Of a stretch of 64,000 nt of DNA, positions 43,095-52,631 are shown in pieces. This stretch comes from Deltaproteobacteria bacterium (GTDB taxonomy: Bacteria > Myxococcota_A > Polyangia > Fen-1088). The stretch lies in contig JANRKS010000016.1 in assembly GCA_033763315.1 (NCBI GenBank), forward strand, positions 1 through 64,000, in the 5' to 3' direction. Position 1 is the first letter of the stretch, and every line of letters begins with the position of its first letter. The notes beneath the pieces are model-generated. The model saw nothing but the letters and a program-made list of their open reading frames with translations. It searched no databases and was not told the DNA's origin. Position numbers and translations under genes: made by a program.

Positions 43095-43759
43095 GCGTAA
43101 CCCACACCTTTCACCGTCGTAATGATCCGCGGTGTTGCCACATCGGATTCGATCTTCTGCCGCAGATTCGCGATGGTCATATCAACCGTGCGCGTTTGCA
43201 ATTTGCCCGAAGCGCCCCACGCTTGTTCAAGCAGTTCGCCGCGGGTCAACGCACGCGCGCGGTTGACGTAAAGCAAGCGCAAGATGCGCGCTTCACGGGC
43301 TGTCAGTTGAATCGGTGATTCGCCACGCGTGGCGGTGCAGCGCCCCAGATCGAGGTGGCATCCGTCCACTTCAACGCGTTCGGGGCCAGCGAGTTCGGCA
43401 CGCAGCCGGCGCCCCAAAGCATCGACGCGCGCCAGAAGTTCCTTTGCACTAAAGGGCTTCGTGACGTAATCGTCGGCGCCGATCTGCAGGCCCACGACTT
43501 TGTCATCCTCCCGCGCGCGCGCTGTGAGCATGAGGATCAAAAGTTCAGGCCGGCCATTGCGCAAACGCCGGCACACCTCAATGCCATCCAGATCAGGCAG
43601 CGTAAGATCCAAAACAACGAGATCGATGCTGTTTGTGAGCCCTCGGCTGCACGCAGAAAGCCCATCGCCTACCGCACAGACACTGTGGCCCTGTGCTTCC
43701 AGAAGATCGGTCAATCCATTGCGGAGCCCGGGCTCATCCTCAACCAATAGGATGTTCAT
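43076..43759 (-). CDS. OmpR-family response regulator
   Basis: LLVEDE, LDL.LP, GADDYVTKPF, RTVDMTIANLRQK, TVKGVGY. Confidence 0.95.
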   Translation of the reverse strand: MNILLVEDEPGLRNGLTDLLEAQGHSVCAVGDGLSACSRGLTNSIDLVVLDLTLPDLDGIEVCRRLRNGRPELLILMLTARAREDDKVVGLQIGADDYVTKPFSAKELLARVDALGRRLRAELAGPERVEVDGCHLDLGRCTATRGESPIQLTAREARILRLLYVNRARALTRGELLEQAWGASGKLQTRTVDMTIANLRQKIESDVATPRIITTVKGVGYAWGAST

Positions 43760-43901
43760 GTAGGTTACCCCCTTAAACTACGGAGGCCTTAAGTCTATCA
43801 AAGGTGGTCGGCAAGAGCCGCCAAGACTTGGGTAAAACAGCCGTAAAAGCGCTTGCGGCGGCCTTGACGACTACCATGCAACCACATGAAACCGTTGATG
43901 A

Positions 43902-44840
43902 TTATGGCTTAACCGGCAGCGTCTTATAGCCAGGCGCAGCCTTGGAAACGTTCGGTGCGTCGGAGGCGTTCGCCTGCCGAAGCACATAGCTTAATCCACC
44001 GATTAGCATCTTTTGGAAGGCGGGTAACGTCCAAACATCTTCGCGGTGACCAAGCGCCGAGTAGAACACGCGGCCTTTGCCATGTTTGCGAATCCAGGCG
44101 ACGGGATAGGCCGGTCGCGCGTACATCGGACCTGTCATGGCTTCGGATTCCAGCACCAAAAGCGCGTGCAGGTCTGAGGCTTGGTTCTTAAGCGAATACC
44201 ACTCTTCTTTCATGCCAAGCGTGGCCCCCAGATCTGCAAAGCCTGGGAACTTGGGATCAACCACCCGCACGCGAGCCACCTGTTGTTCACCGTGTGAGAT
44301 GAATTCACCACCCAACATGGCGATGTAGGGATCCACTTCTTCGGGTTTTTGATCCAACCAACGGCTGCCCGGGCTGTGAAACGTATCGGAGCCGTTGTGC
44401 AGCCCCACGAAGCCCTTGCCCTGCTCAACGGCTGCTAGAAGCGCCGCCTTGCCTTCGGGCGACATTGGTTTTTGATTGATGTCGTCCGCGGGCAGGGGTT
44501 TGCCATCTTTGTCTTTGCGAAGCGCGGTGAGATCACCCGTGGTGATGAATATAAAGGCATCGAATGCAGCCAGGTTCTCGGCCGTAATGAAGCTGCCGTC
44601 TTTGGTGTGCACGAACTCCCAGTTGTGCGGCAATCCAAGCGCGCTCAACACGCCCAACGCCAGCGGCTGCTCGTCTTTGCCAACCTTGATGGTCGAGTGT
44701 TCGTATTCAGCCGAACGTGTGAAAAGCAACACGCGTTTAGCCTTGGAGGTCTTCGGTGCGGCGGCCGCGGCCGCCCCCGCGTTCAAGGCAAAAAGCGCAC
44801 AAGCTAACCAACGCAGGGACGACGAAAACTGGCGTGTCAT
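43902..44840 (-). CDS. Secreted ThuA-like domain protein
   Basis: Signal peptide, GKGFVGLH, GGEFISH, EEWY, GKGRVFYSALGH. Confidence 0.88.
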   Translation of the reverse strand: MTRQFSSSLRWLACALFALNAGAAAAAAPKTSKAKRVLLFTRSAEYEHSTIKVGKDEQPLALGVLSALGLPHNWEFVHTKDGSFITAENLAAFDAFIFITTGDLTALRKDKDGKPLPADDINQKPMSPEGKAALLAAVEQGKGFVGLHNGSDTFHSPGSRWLDQKPEEVDPYIAMLGGEFISHGEQQVARVRVVDPKFPGFADLGATLGMKEEWYSLKNQASDLHALLVLESEAMTGPMYARPAYPVAWIRKHGKGRVFYSALGHREDVWTLPAFQKMLIGGLSYVLRQANASDAPNVSKAAPGYKTLPVKP

Positions 44841-44934
44841 GGCGGCATTGTGCCAAAGGCGTCTGACTGCGGGTCGTGTTTCTGCAAGAGAAGAGCGCTT
44901 TCCTCACGCCCCCGGTGACTTCACCCACGCCGCG

Positions 44935-45789
44935 CTAGGCGTACGTAAAAAAACCGCGCCCCGTTTTGCGCCCCAACCAGCCGGCCGCAACGTACTGCCG
45001 AAGCAACGGGCACGGACGGTATTTGTCGTCGCCCAGCTCTCGATGCAGCACTTCCAAGATGAACAAAGTCGTGTCGAGTCCGATCAGATCCACCAGGGCC
45101 AATGGGCCCATGGGATGGTTCAACCCGAGCACACAACCACGATCGATGTCTTCCGCCGTGGCGATGCCCTCATAAAGCGCGAAGCAAGCTTCATTCACCA
45201 TCGGCATCAAGATGCGGTTCACGATGAAGCCGGGAATGTCGCGCGAGGTAACGGTGGTTTTTTCGAGTGAGGCCGCCAACGCAATCACAGCGGCGTATGT
45301 TTCCTCGGAGGTTGGCAAGCCGCGGATCACTTCCACCAGCTTCATTAGCGGAACTGGGTTCATGAAATGCATGCCAATCACTTGCGACGGGCGCTGCGTG
45401 GCGGCCGACAAGCTGGTGATCGATATTGACGACGTGTTGCTGGCCAACAAAGCGTGAGGCGGGCACACGCGGTCCAAATTGGCGAAGATGGCTTGCTTAA
45501 TTCCAAAGTTTTCCGTGGCGGCCTCGATGGCGACGTCCACATCGGCGAAAGCGTCAAGCGTTTGTGCCACGTGCAGGCGCGCGATCGTTTCGCTTGCTTG
45601 CGCTTCGGTGAGTTTGCCTTTGCTCACCAGTTTGGCCAGACCGTCGGCGATCGTTTGACGGCCGCGCGCGGCGGCACCGTCCACGGCGTCAAACAGCCGC
45701 ACGTCAAAGCCGCTGGCGGCGGCCACCTGTGCGATGCCGCGGCCCATTTGCCCCGCGCCAACAACGCCAACAATCTTGATGTTCAGCAT
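44935..45789 (-). CDS. hbd: 3-hydroxybutyryl-CoA dehydrogenase
   Basis: GAGQMGRGIA, EAATE, SNTSS, GMHFMNP, PGFIVNR, HPMGP, GRKTGRGF. Confidence 0.96.
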   Translation of the reverse strand: MLNIKIVGVVGAGQMGRGIAQVAAASGFDVRLFDAVDGAAARGRQTIADGLAKLVSKGKLTEAQASETIARLHVAQTLDAFADVDVAIEAATENFGIKQAIFANLDRVCPPHALLASNTSSISITSLSAATQRPSQVIGMHFMNPVPLMKLVEVIRGLPTSEETYAAVIALAASLEKTTVTSRDIPGFIVNRILMPMVNEACFALYEGIATAEDIDRGCVLGLNHPMGPLALVDLIGLDTTLFILEVLHRELGDDKYRPCPLLRQYVAAGWLGRKTGRGFFTYA

Positions 45790-46967
45790 CGCTCCACCGC
45801 CATGGCGATGCCCTCACCGCCTCCGATGCACAACGAAGCCACGCCTCGTTTGGCGCCTCGATCGGCGAGAACCGAAAGCAACGTGACCAGCACGCGCGCG
45901 CCGCTTGCGCCTATGGGATGGCCTAAAGCCACAGCACCGCCCCACACGTTCACACGATCTGCATCCAAACCCAGCATGCGGTTGTTGGCCAACGCCACCA
46001 CAGCGAAAGCTTCGTTGAGCTCCCACAGATCCACGCTGTCTTTGCTCCAGCCGATGCGCTTACACAAAGCTTCGATGGCCCCCGCGGGCGCGGTGGTGAA
46101 CCACTCGGGCGCTTGCGCGTGCACAGCTGTGCCAACGATGCGTGCCAAGGGCGTGAGTCCGCGCGATTGCGCTTCCTCTTCGGACATCAGAACCACCGCA
46201 GCGGCGCCATCGTTGAGCGACGAGGCGTTGCCTGCCGTGATCGTACCGTCTTTGGCAAAGGCCGTTTTAAGCGAAGCCAGCTTCGAGGGATCGCCCCGCC
46301 CTGGACCTTCGTCGATCAACACCGGTACAGGCTCGCCTTTGCGTTGAGGCACGGGAACGCCGACGATCTCAGCGGTGAACTTGCCTTCGGATTGCGCCAA
46401 GCGCGCGCGGCGAAAACTCTCGCTGGCGTAAGCGTCTTGCTCAGCACGTGAGATGCCGTGCTCGGTGGCGCAAAGCTCTGCACACGAGCCCATGTGTTTG
46501 TCGCCATAGGGATCCCACAGGCCGTCGTGGATCATGGAATCCAACATTTGCGCGTGGCCCATGCGCAGCCCGTCACGAGCCTTGGGCAACACATAGGGCG
46601 CGTTGGACATTGATTCCATGCCGCCGGCGACCATCACCGTTTGCTCACCCACAGCGATCGCGTTCGCGGCCATGGCCACAGCTTTGAGGCCAGAGCCACA
46701 AACCTTGTTGATCGTCACGCCGCCCACCGCTCGGGGCAAACCCGCAGCCAAAGCGGCTTGGCGTGCAGGGGCTTGCCCAAGCCCGGCGGTCAACACGCAG
46801 CCCATAAACACCTCGCCGATCGGAGCCGCGGCGGGATCGAGACCAGCGCGGCGCACAGCCGCCTCGATGGCGATGCCCCCCAAGCGAGGCGCCGTGATGG
46901 GCGCAAGCGCGCCCATAAATGAACCAATGGGCGTGCGAGCCGCAGAAACGATAACGACAGATTTCAT
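45783..46967 (-). CDS. Acetyl-CoA C-acetyltransferase (thiolase)
   Basis: RTPIG, NKVCGSG, GGMESMS, NEAFA, GHPIGASG, CIGGG; AAGGAGG RBS before ATG 46967. Confidence 0.96.
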   Translation of the reverse strand: MKSVVIVSAARTPIGSFMGALAPITAPRLGGIAIEAAVRRAGLDPAAAPIGEVFMGCVLTAGLGQAPARQAALAAGLPRAVGGVTINKVCGSGLKAVAMAANAIAVGEQTVMVAGGMESMSNAPYVLPKARDGLRMGHAQMLDSMIHDGLWDPYGDKHMGSCAELCATEHGISRAEQDAYASESFRRARLAQSEGKFTAEIVGVPVPQRKGEPVPVLIDEGPGRGDPSKLASLKTAFAKDGTITAGNASSLNDGAAAVVLMSEEEAQSRGLTPLARIVGTAVHAQAPEWFTTAPAGAIEALCKRIGWSKDSVDLWELNEAFAVVALANNRMLGLDADRVNVWGGAVALGHPIGASGARVLVTLLSVLADRGAKRGVASLCIGGGEGIAMAVERC

Positions 46968-47132
46968 GGCAAACCTCCTTGGCACCCGGGGGCCTGTCTG
47001 CAGAAACAAGGACCGAGACCTTAATGGTACGTCAGCACGACGCATTTCGCCTTAATGTTTTCGCACGGTTAGAGCGCACCCAGAGGCATACAAGGACGAA
47101 AAGTAGACAAAATAACTACATGTCTTACTATT

Positions 47133-47732
47133 ATGCACATGAAGAGTTCGGTGGTTTGGGTGTCGAGCAACTTTTGGCCGTTGCTACCTGCTTTGGTGGG
47201 GCTGGTGGCGATCGCCACGATGGTATTGGGGTGTGGAGCGCAGACCAGCCAAACCCCGTGGCCGTTGGTTCCCCAGGCGCAAGCCAAGGGGCGCAAGGCA
47301 AACCCCAAACGACCACTCAACGCCGCCTCGTTGGTGGAATCCTCCCTGCGCGAGCGGGGTTTGCGCTTCGGCACCGACGGCAGTGTGAAAGCTCTTTATT
47401 CGTATGCGACTCAAACGCACGACCGCGTAAGCGCACAAGAAGCTCGTCCCGGCGACCTGGTGTTTTTCGATACGAGTCCCACCGGGAACCAGTGCGGCGG
47501 TCACGTGGGATTGGTCCAGGGCTTTGCGCCGGGGGGCGCTTTGAAGTTTCGCGAGCGCCGCGAAGGTGAAGAGCGCGTGAGCGTGGCCGATCCACAACGC
47601 CCGGGGCAGCGGCGCGACGAAGACGGGCGTGTGATCAACACGTTCTTGCGTGCGCGCAAGCCCAACGATCCGGAGGGCACGCGTTACTACGCCGGACAGA
47701 TGGTGTGCGCTGTCGTGCGGGTCAGCCCGTAG
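47133..47732 (+). CDS. NlpC/P60 (CHAP)-like lipoprotein, catalytic Cys apparently absent
   Basis: Lipobox VLGC, PGDLVFFD, GHVGLV; NAASLV sits where DCSGLV is expected. Confidence 0.65.
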   Translation: MHMKSSVVWVSSNFWPLLPALVGLVAIATMVLGCGAQTSQTPWPLVPQAQAKGRKANPKRPLNAASLVESSLRERGLRFGTDGSVKALYSYATQTHDRVSAQEARPGDLVFFDTSPTGNQCGGHVGLVQGFAPGGALKFRERREGEERVSVADPQRPGQRRDEDGRVINTFLRARKPNDPEGTRYYAGQMVCAVVRVSP

Positions 47733-47776
47733 CGGCGCGTGATCGAAAAATTGCCACGCACAGGTGCCGGCTGTAG

Positions 47777-48316
47777 GTGTTGATCACCATGTCGATCGAA
47801 GTCGAACGAGCCACCGTGCCTTGCCAAGTGTGTCGGGCGCAAGTCAGTGAGCTGCGCCGGGGTCGGTGCTGGGTGTGCTACCAAAAGTGGAGCGAAGCGC
47901 GCCCGGTGGGCCGCGGGGCCGCCTGCGAAGTGTGCCAAGAGCGCCGGCGCGACAATTTGCGGTTGATTGAGCTGCACGGCCGCTCAGTGTCGATGTGTCA
48001 CAACTGTGGAACGCGGGTGATGCGCATGGATACAGTGCCTGCCACGCTCGAAGAGATTCGCTTGGTACTCGATCGCGAGCGCCGGGAAGACGAGCGCCGC
48101 CAGGGCTCTGAAGATCAACGCATTTTCCCGCGCGAGCGCCGGGTGGGCGACAGGCGAGGCGTGGCGGCAGCGCCGCGACACGCGCACGACGGTGGCAACA
48201 CGCTGCCATCGGTGGACGATCTGATCATGGAGCTGTCAGACGACGATTTGGAAACTGTGGATCAAACCATGGTGCGCGAAGCACCTGTGAAACCGACGGC
48301 GAAGAACGAAGCGTAA
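47777..48316 (+). CDS. Hypothetical protein with four CxxC pairs and ERR repeats
   Basis: CQVC, CWVC, CEVC, CHNC; RERREDERR and RERRVGDRR; acidic tail. Confidence 0.72.
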   Translation: MLITMSIEVERATVPCQVCRAQVSELRRGRCWVCYQKWSEARPVGRGAACEVCQERRRDNLRLIELHGRSVSMCHNCGTRVMRMDTVPATLEEIRLVLDRERREDERRQGSEDQRIFPRERRVGDRRGVAAAPRHAHDGGNTLPSVDDLIMELSDDDLETVDQTMVREAPVKPTAKNEA

Positions 48317-48324
48317 GTCGAATC

Positions 48325-48726
48325 TCAGGAGCCGGGAAGCTCGACCTTCCACGCGTGCCCTTGCCGCACAAGGTTCACCGCGTACCGATCGCCCGCCGCT
48401 GAGTAAACCTGCACTGTGGCGTCGACGTTCGACTTGTGCAGCAGCCGCACGCCTTGCGGCTCCCACGCGGGCGGCGCACGACCCACCGAAAGAAAATCTT
48501 CAGGTTGCAGCGCCAAACGGCCGCTCACGCGCTTGGCTGACTGGCGAAGCTCGTCCAAACGTTTGCGGCTGTTGGGGCCAAGCAAAGCGTAGACGTCAGC
48601 GCTGTTGCCTGCGTTGGCCGCAGCTATGAAATGTTCCACCACCGCTTCGGGATCACGTTCACCACGTGATCCACAAGCGGCCGCAGCGAGGCAAACAGTT
48701 ACGACGCTCGCAAGGTGGTGGCTCAT
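48325..48726 (-). CDS. Hypothetical lipoprotein
   Basis: Lipobox AAAC, DPEAVVEHF, C-terminal LVRQG..WKV typical of NTF2-like lipoproteins. Confidence 0.7.
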   Translation of the reverse strand: MSHHLASVVTVCLAAAACGSRGERDPEAVVEHFIAAANAGNSADVYALLGPNSRKRLDELRQSAKRVSGRLALQPEDFLSVGRAPPAWEPQGVRLLHKSNVDATVQVYSAAGDRYAVNLVRQGHAWKVELPGS

Positions 48727-48731
48727 ATCAC

Positions 48732-49712
48732 CTACGATCGTGTGAGGCCCAATCGTGCACGCACGCGGGCCATCGTTTGTTCCGCAACCGATCGCGCGCG
48801 TGCCGCGCCAGCCGCTAAAATTTCATCGACTTTGCCAGGTTCAGCCGCCAGCGCCTGCGCGCGCTGTTGAATCTTCTGCAAGTCTGCCGTGAGCCCTTCA
48901 TGCAGCCACTTTTTGCAATCGACGCAACCAATGCCCGCGGTTGTGCAGCCCTGGCGCACCTCGGCCTGCCGCGCTTCGGAGGAGAAGAACTTGTGCAAGG
49001 TGTAGATGTTGCACTTCTCAGGATCGCCCGGATCTTTGCGCCGTTGGCGCTGCGGATCCGTGGCGGCGCCGCGCAGCTTCTCCCAAACCTGCTCGTTGGT
49101 TTCATGCAGCGAGATCGTATTGCCCACGCTCTTCGACATTTTGGCTTGGCCATCGAGCCCCAGGATCTTCGGCGTCGAGGAGAACAGCGGTTGTGGTTCC
49201 GCGAACGTTTCACCAAACCGCGCGTTCCAACGCCGCACAATCTCACGCGCGAGCTCCAAATGCTGGCGCTGATCTTCACCCACGGGCACCCGCTTGGCGT
49301 CGTAGAGCAAAATATCTGCGGTTTGCAGGATAGGATACGTGAACAAACCGGCGTTGATGTTGTCGGGATGACGTTCTGATTTGTCTTTGAACTGGGTCAT
49401 GCGGCCCAGATCGCCGTGCGGGGCCACGGCTGACAGAGCCCACGCCAGTTGGGTGTGTTCGGGAACATCCGACTGCACAAACAATGTGCACTTCTCGGGA
49501 TCCAGGCCGCAGGCCAAAAGATCGATGGCCATTTGCCGCACTTTTTGCGGCAACGCCTCGGGATCGTAAGGCTGGGTTATCGCGTGGTAATCCACGATGC
49601 AGAAGAAGCACCTGTACTGGTGCTGCAGCTCCACCCACGTCCGCACGGCCCCCAGATAGTTGCCGAGGTGAAGTTCGCCCGAAGGCTGGATGCCGGAGAA
49701 AATGGTCTCCAT
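48732..49712 (-). CDS. trpS: Tryptophan--tRNA ligase
   Basis: FSGIQPSG.LHLGNY, YPILQTADI, VPVGEDQRQH, KMSKS. Confidence 0.97.
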   Translation of the reverse strand: METIFSGIQPSGELHLGNYLGAVRTWVELQHQYRCFFCIVDYHAITQPYDPEALPQKVRQMAIDLLACGLDPEKCTLFVQSDVPEHTQLAWALSAVAPHGDLGRMTQFKDKSERHPDNINAGLFTYPILQTADILLYDAKRVPVGEDQRQHLELAREIVRRWNARFGETFAEPQPLFSSTPKILGLDGQAKMSKSVGNTISLHETNEQVWEKLRGAATDPQRQRRKDPGDPEKCNIYTLHKFFSSEARQAEVRQGCTTAGIGCVDCKKWLHEGLTADLQKIQQRAQALAAEPGKVDEILAAGAARARSVAEQTMARVRARLGLTRS

Positions 49713-49866
49713 GTTTTTTTGCCGGGGGATGCGTCGTTTCGGGATAAATGCCCCGGCGGGTGCCGCGGCGAAGGGTTCGTTGTAATCTTCGTCGTGGGAT
49801 GGGTCAAGCATGGGGCACTGAATGCCTGGGCTTGGGACCGCGTCGAATCAGCAAAGGAGTGCTGCA

Positions 49867-50916
49867 ATGAACCGTCACCAGTCGCGCTTAGGCGCTTACA
49901 TCTTGGGCAGCGTTGCCGTCCGTGCCGTACGTGGCGCCGGACCAATGCTTGCGCTCGCCGCAGCCACCTTGGGGTTGGGAGCGTGTGTGGTGCGCCCGGC
50001 GCGCGTGAGCTGGGAATACTCGGGCACCACCAGCACCCAGACGGACGTCTACGTGCGCACGGCACCGCCGCCGCCGCAAACGGAATACCGCACGATGGCC
50101 CCTGGCCCCGGGTACGTCTGGGTTGACGGCTATTGGGACTGGACGGGCTATGACTGGATGTGGGTCAACGGTTATTGGGTTCCCGGGCGTGATGGCTACG
50201 GCTGGGTGCGCCCACGCTATGTGGTGGTGAGCGGCCGCTGGGTCTACCAGCCGGGCTACTGGCAGGGCAGCGGTGGCCAGCGCGATTACAACTACGCGCG
50301 GCCGTCGCGCAATGGCGGCGGCTGGCGGGCCTCACCGACCAACCAACCAAACAACGCGGGCGGCTGGCGGGCGGCGCCCTCGAATGCGCCCGCCGCAAAC
50401 AGCGGCGGGTGGCGCGCGCCTCCCGCGGGAGCCCCGCAAAACAATGGCAACGCAGGTGGCTGGCGTGCCGCCCCGAGCGCAGGACCAAGCCCGGCCGCGC
50501 CGAGCGGGTCGTGGCGTGCGGGCCCTTCGGGCAGCCCGGCGCCTGCCGCACCCAACGATTCATGGCGGGCCGGCCCTTCGCCTGCGCCCGCGCCTTCTGC
50601 CGGTAACGGTGGAAGTTGGCGCGCTTCCCCGCAAGCCGCCCCGGCCGCGCCCGAACCACAACGAGCCGCGCCCGGCGGCAGTTGGGGCGCCCAACCCGCG
50701 CCCGCACCCGCCATGGCGCCGCAGCGAAGCCGAGAGGGGTGGTCTGCACAGCCAGCTCCAAACATGGCGCCGCAACGCAGCCGCGAAGCGCCTAGCTATC
50801 AAGCGCCGTCGCGCGGGCCCAGCAGCGTGGTGCCCGGGCCCAGCCGCTCATCGCCTCGGCCGGTGGAATCATCACCGGCGCCAAGCCGCGGCCGCACCCG
50901 CGTGGGCCCTCAATAG
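49867..50916 (+). CDS. YXWGXW-repeat lipoprotein with a GxWRAxP low-complexity tail
   Basis: AAGGAG RBS, lipobox LGAC, APPP, WVDGYW/WVNGYW/PGYW repeats, then nine Trp-centred repeats in P/A/G/S-rich sequence. Confidence 0.8.
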   Translation: MNRHQSRLGAYILGSVAVRAVRGAGPMLALAAATLGLGACVVRPARVSWEYSGTTSTQTDVYVRTAPPPPQTEYRTMAPGPGYVWVDGYWDWTGYDWMWVNGYWVPGRDGYGWVRPRYVVVSGRWVYQPGYWQGSGGQRDYNYARPSRNGGGWRASPTNQPNNAGGWRAAPSNAPAANSGGWRAPPAGAPQNNGNAGGWRAAPSAGPSPAAPSGSWRAGPSGSPAPAAPNDSWRAGPSPAPAPSAGNGGSWRASPQAAPAAPEPQRAAPGGSWGAQPAPAPAMAPQRSREGWSAQPAPNMAPQRSREAPSYQAPSRGPSSVVPGPSRSSPRPVESSPAPSRGRTRVGPQ

Positions 50917-50922
50917 TCCACG

Positions 50923-52524
50923 CTAAAAGCGACCGCCGTATGTGAAGGCCGCGCCTCCTGGCAGGGGCGCGAGCCCATAGAGCTCGCCTTGATCGGGGCC
51001 GTACTCTGGCAATGCCAAAAGCACGATGCCGGTGACGGCAAGTAGACCGCCGCCATACATCGTGATGCCGGACCAGAACTTCAGGTCGCTGGCTTCGCCA
51101 TTGAGCTTGTCGCGCTTGAACGGATCGTTGATGGTGTTCACGCGCGCCTCTTCGCGTTTGTCTTCGGCCTTGGCGTCGATCCAACGACCCAAGACAACGC
51201 TCGCAACGCCAGCGCCAACGAACGACCAGCCGGGCACGTCCTTATACCAAGGGTTAACCGCAGGGGCGGGACGGCTCACCGGCCGCAGGCTTTGCGAAGC
51301 CGCCACCATGTTGCCGGCCTCTTCTGCGTTGAGTACGCCCGGTGATTCTTTACCCGTGGCGAGGTATCGCCCCAAAGCCATGGCGCGTGCGTTCTCCAGC
51401 CGCGCCAGCCCGTGCCTGTTCTTGTAGCCCGAGCTCAGGTAAAGCCGCGCGTTCAACCATTCGGCGCTTTGAAATTCGCCGACAGAAGCCAAGACAACGC
51501 TTGAGACGCCGTAGCGTTCCGCAAGACGTCGCGCATAAGTTTCTTCTTGCGCCACCCGCTGCTGGCTGTTGTCGAACGCCAGCAGCAGCCCATCGGGCGT
51601 GGACCGCAGGTGCGAAGGGAAACTGGCGTCGAGCGCGAACTTGCGCGGCCCCGCGGCGGGCGCCTCGCCCTCCTTGGCAGGCTGCAGCGCGCTTACGCTG
51701 ACCACACGGACAAATGAATCTTCTGTGGCGCCCGCTTTGCCGGGGCAACGAGCCACGGCCGCGTATTTCGAGAGTGGCCGCAGCGCCACCGTGGCTTGAC
51801 CCTTGCCTACCTCGAAACCATCAAGCTCGATCGCGCAGGCCGGCGCGTTGGCTTTGAATTCCGCGGTGATGCCATCAGTGGGCGCCGCTTGCAGCAGGGC
51901 GGCCGCCACGAACGAGACACCTTCGCCCTCACGAAATGTCCGCGCCGGCAGCAACAATTTCAGGTCAGTCGCTGTTTTGCGAGCCGCTTCCTCTTGGCCT
52001 GAGGCCGCTTGTGCGGACAACAGACGCCCGCCCACTTTGACCAACGCCTCGGCGCCGCTTGTGCCCAACGGCGCGTGCATGGAGGCTTGCACCAGTTGTT
52101 CAAACGCGGGCGCCAACGTTTCAGACACGGCGGCCGCCGGCATATCAACAGACACGCGCCCCACCGCGGTGGCGGCAGCCTCGACCGCGGCCACGCTGGC
52201 CGCAGGATCTTGCGCTGACGCAACGGGCGTTGAAGCGCTAGGGACAGTGACGTCCCAGTTCACATTGTCGCGTAGCCCCTGCGCCAAGGCTTCCACCAAA
52301 GCGGCTGGAGGCGGCGCCACGGGGCCCACAACCACCGGCACCACCAGCGCCTTGGACTTGGGCAGCCCGGATGGCTTGCTGGGTGCAGCGGCGGGCACAG
52401 GGGCCAAAGCAGCGGCTTCAGCCGCAAAACTTTGCACGGGTAAGGCCAAGCAGGCGCCGAGCGCCGCCCACGATAGACCTCGACGAACGTTTCCCCCTGT
52501 CACTACCAGTAGCGTTTTGCGCAT
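50923..52524 (-). CDS. Secreted hypothetical protein, PEGA-like segment and C-terminal membrane anchor
   Basis: Signal ending SFA, AIELDGFEVG, PWYK..W followed by two hydrophobic helices, terminal GGAAFTYGGRF. Confidence 0.7.
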   Translation of the reverse strand: MRKTLLVVTGGNVRRGLSWAALGACLALPVQSFAAEAAALAPVPAAAPSKPSGLPKSKALVVPVVVGPVAPPPAALVEALAQGLRDNVNWDVTVPSASTPVASAQDPAASVAAVEAAATAVGRVSVDMPAAAVSETLAPAFEQLVQASMHAPLGTSGAEALVKVGGRLLSAQAASGQEEAARKTATDLKLLLPARTFREGEGVSFVAAALLQAAPTDGITAEFKANAPACAIELDGFEVGKGQATVALRPLSKYAAVARCPGKAGATEDSFVRVVSVSALQPAKEGEAPAAGPRKFALDASFPSHLRSTPDGLLLAFDNSQQRVAQEETYARRLAERYGVSSVVLASVGEFQSAEWLNARLYLSSGYKNRHGLARLENARAMALGRYLATGKESPGVLNAEEAGNMVAASQSLRPVSRPAPAVNPWYKDVPGWSFVGAGVASVVLGRWIDAKAEDKREEARVNTINDPFKRDKLNGEASDLKFWSGITMYGGGLLAVTGIVLLALPEYGPDQGELYGLAPLPGGAAFTYGGRF

Positions 52525-52631
52525 GTTCAGACCTCGGCGCTGAATCTAGCGCAGCGAACGAGGCGCCATACACGCAAAAATGCACAAACCGTCTCGCGCG
52601 CCCACCGCTGCCGTCGGCAACGTTTTGGGTG

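Noticed and set aside
47100-47132. Imperfect inverted repeat AGTAGACA..TGTCTTACT in the AT-rich thiolase/NlpC intergenic region
   Set aside because: It is too short and imperfect to call as an operator without comparative data.
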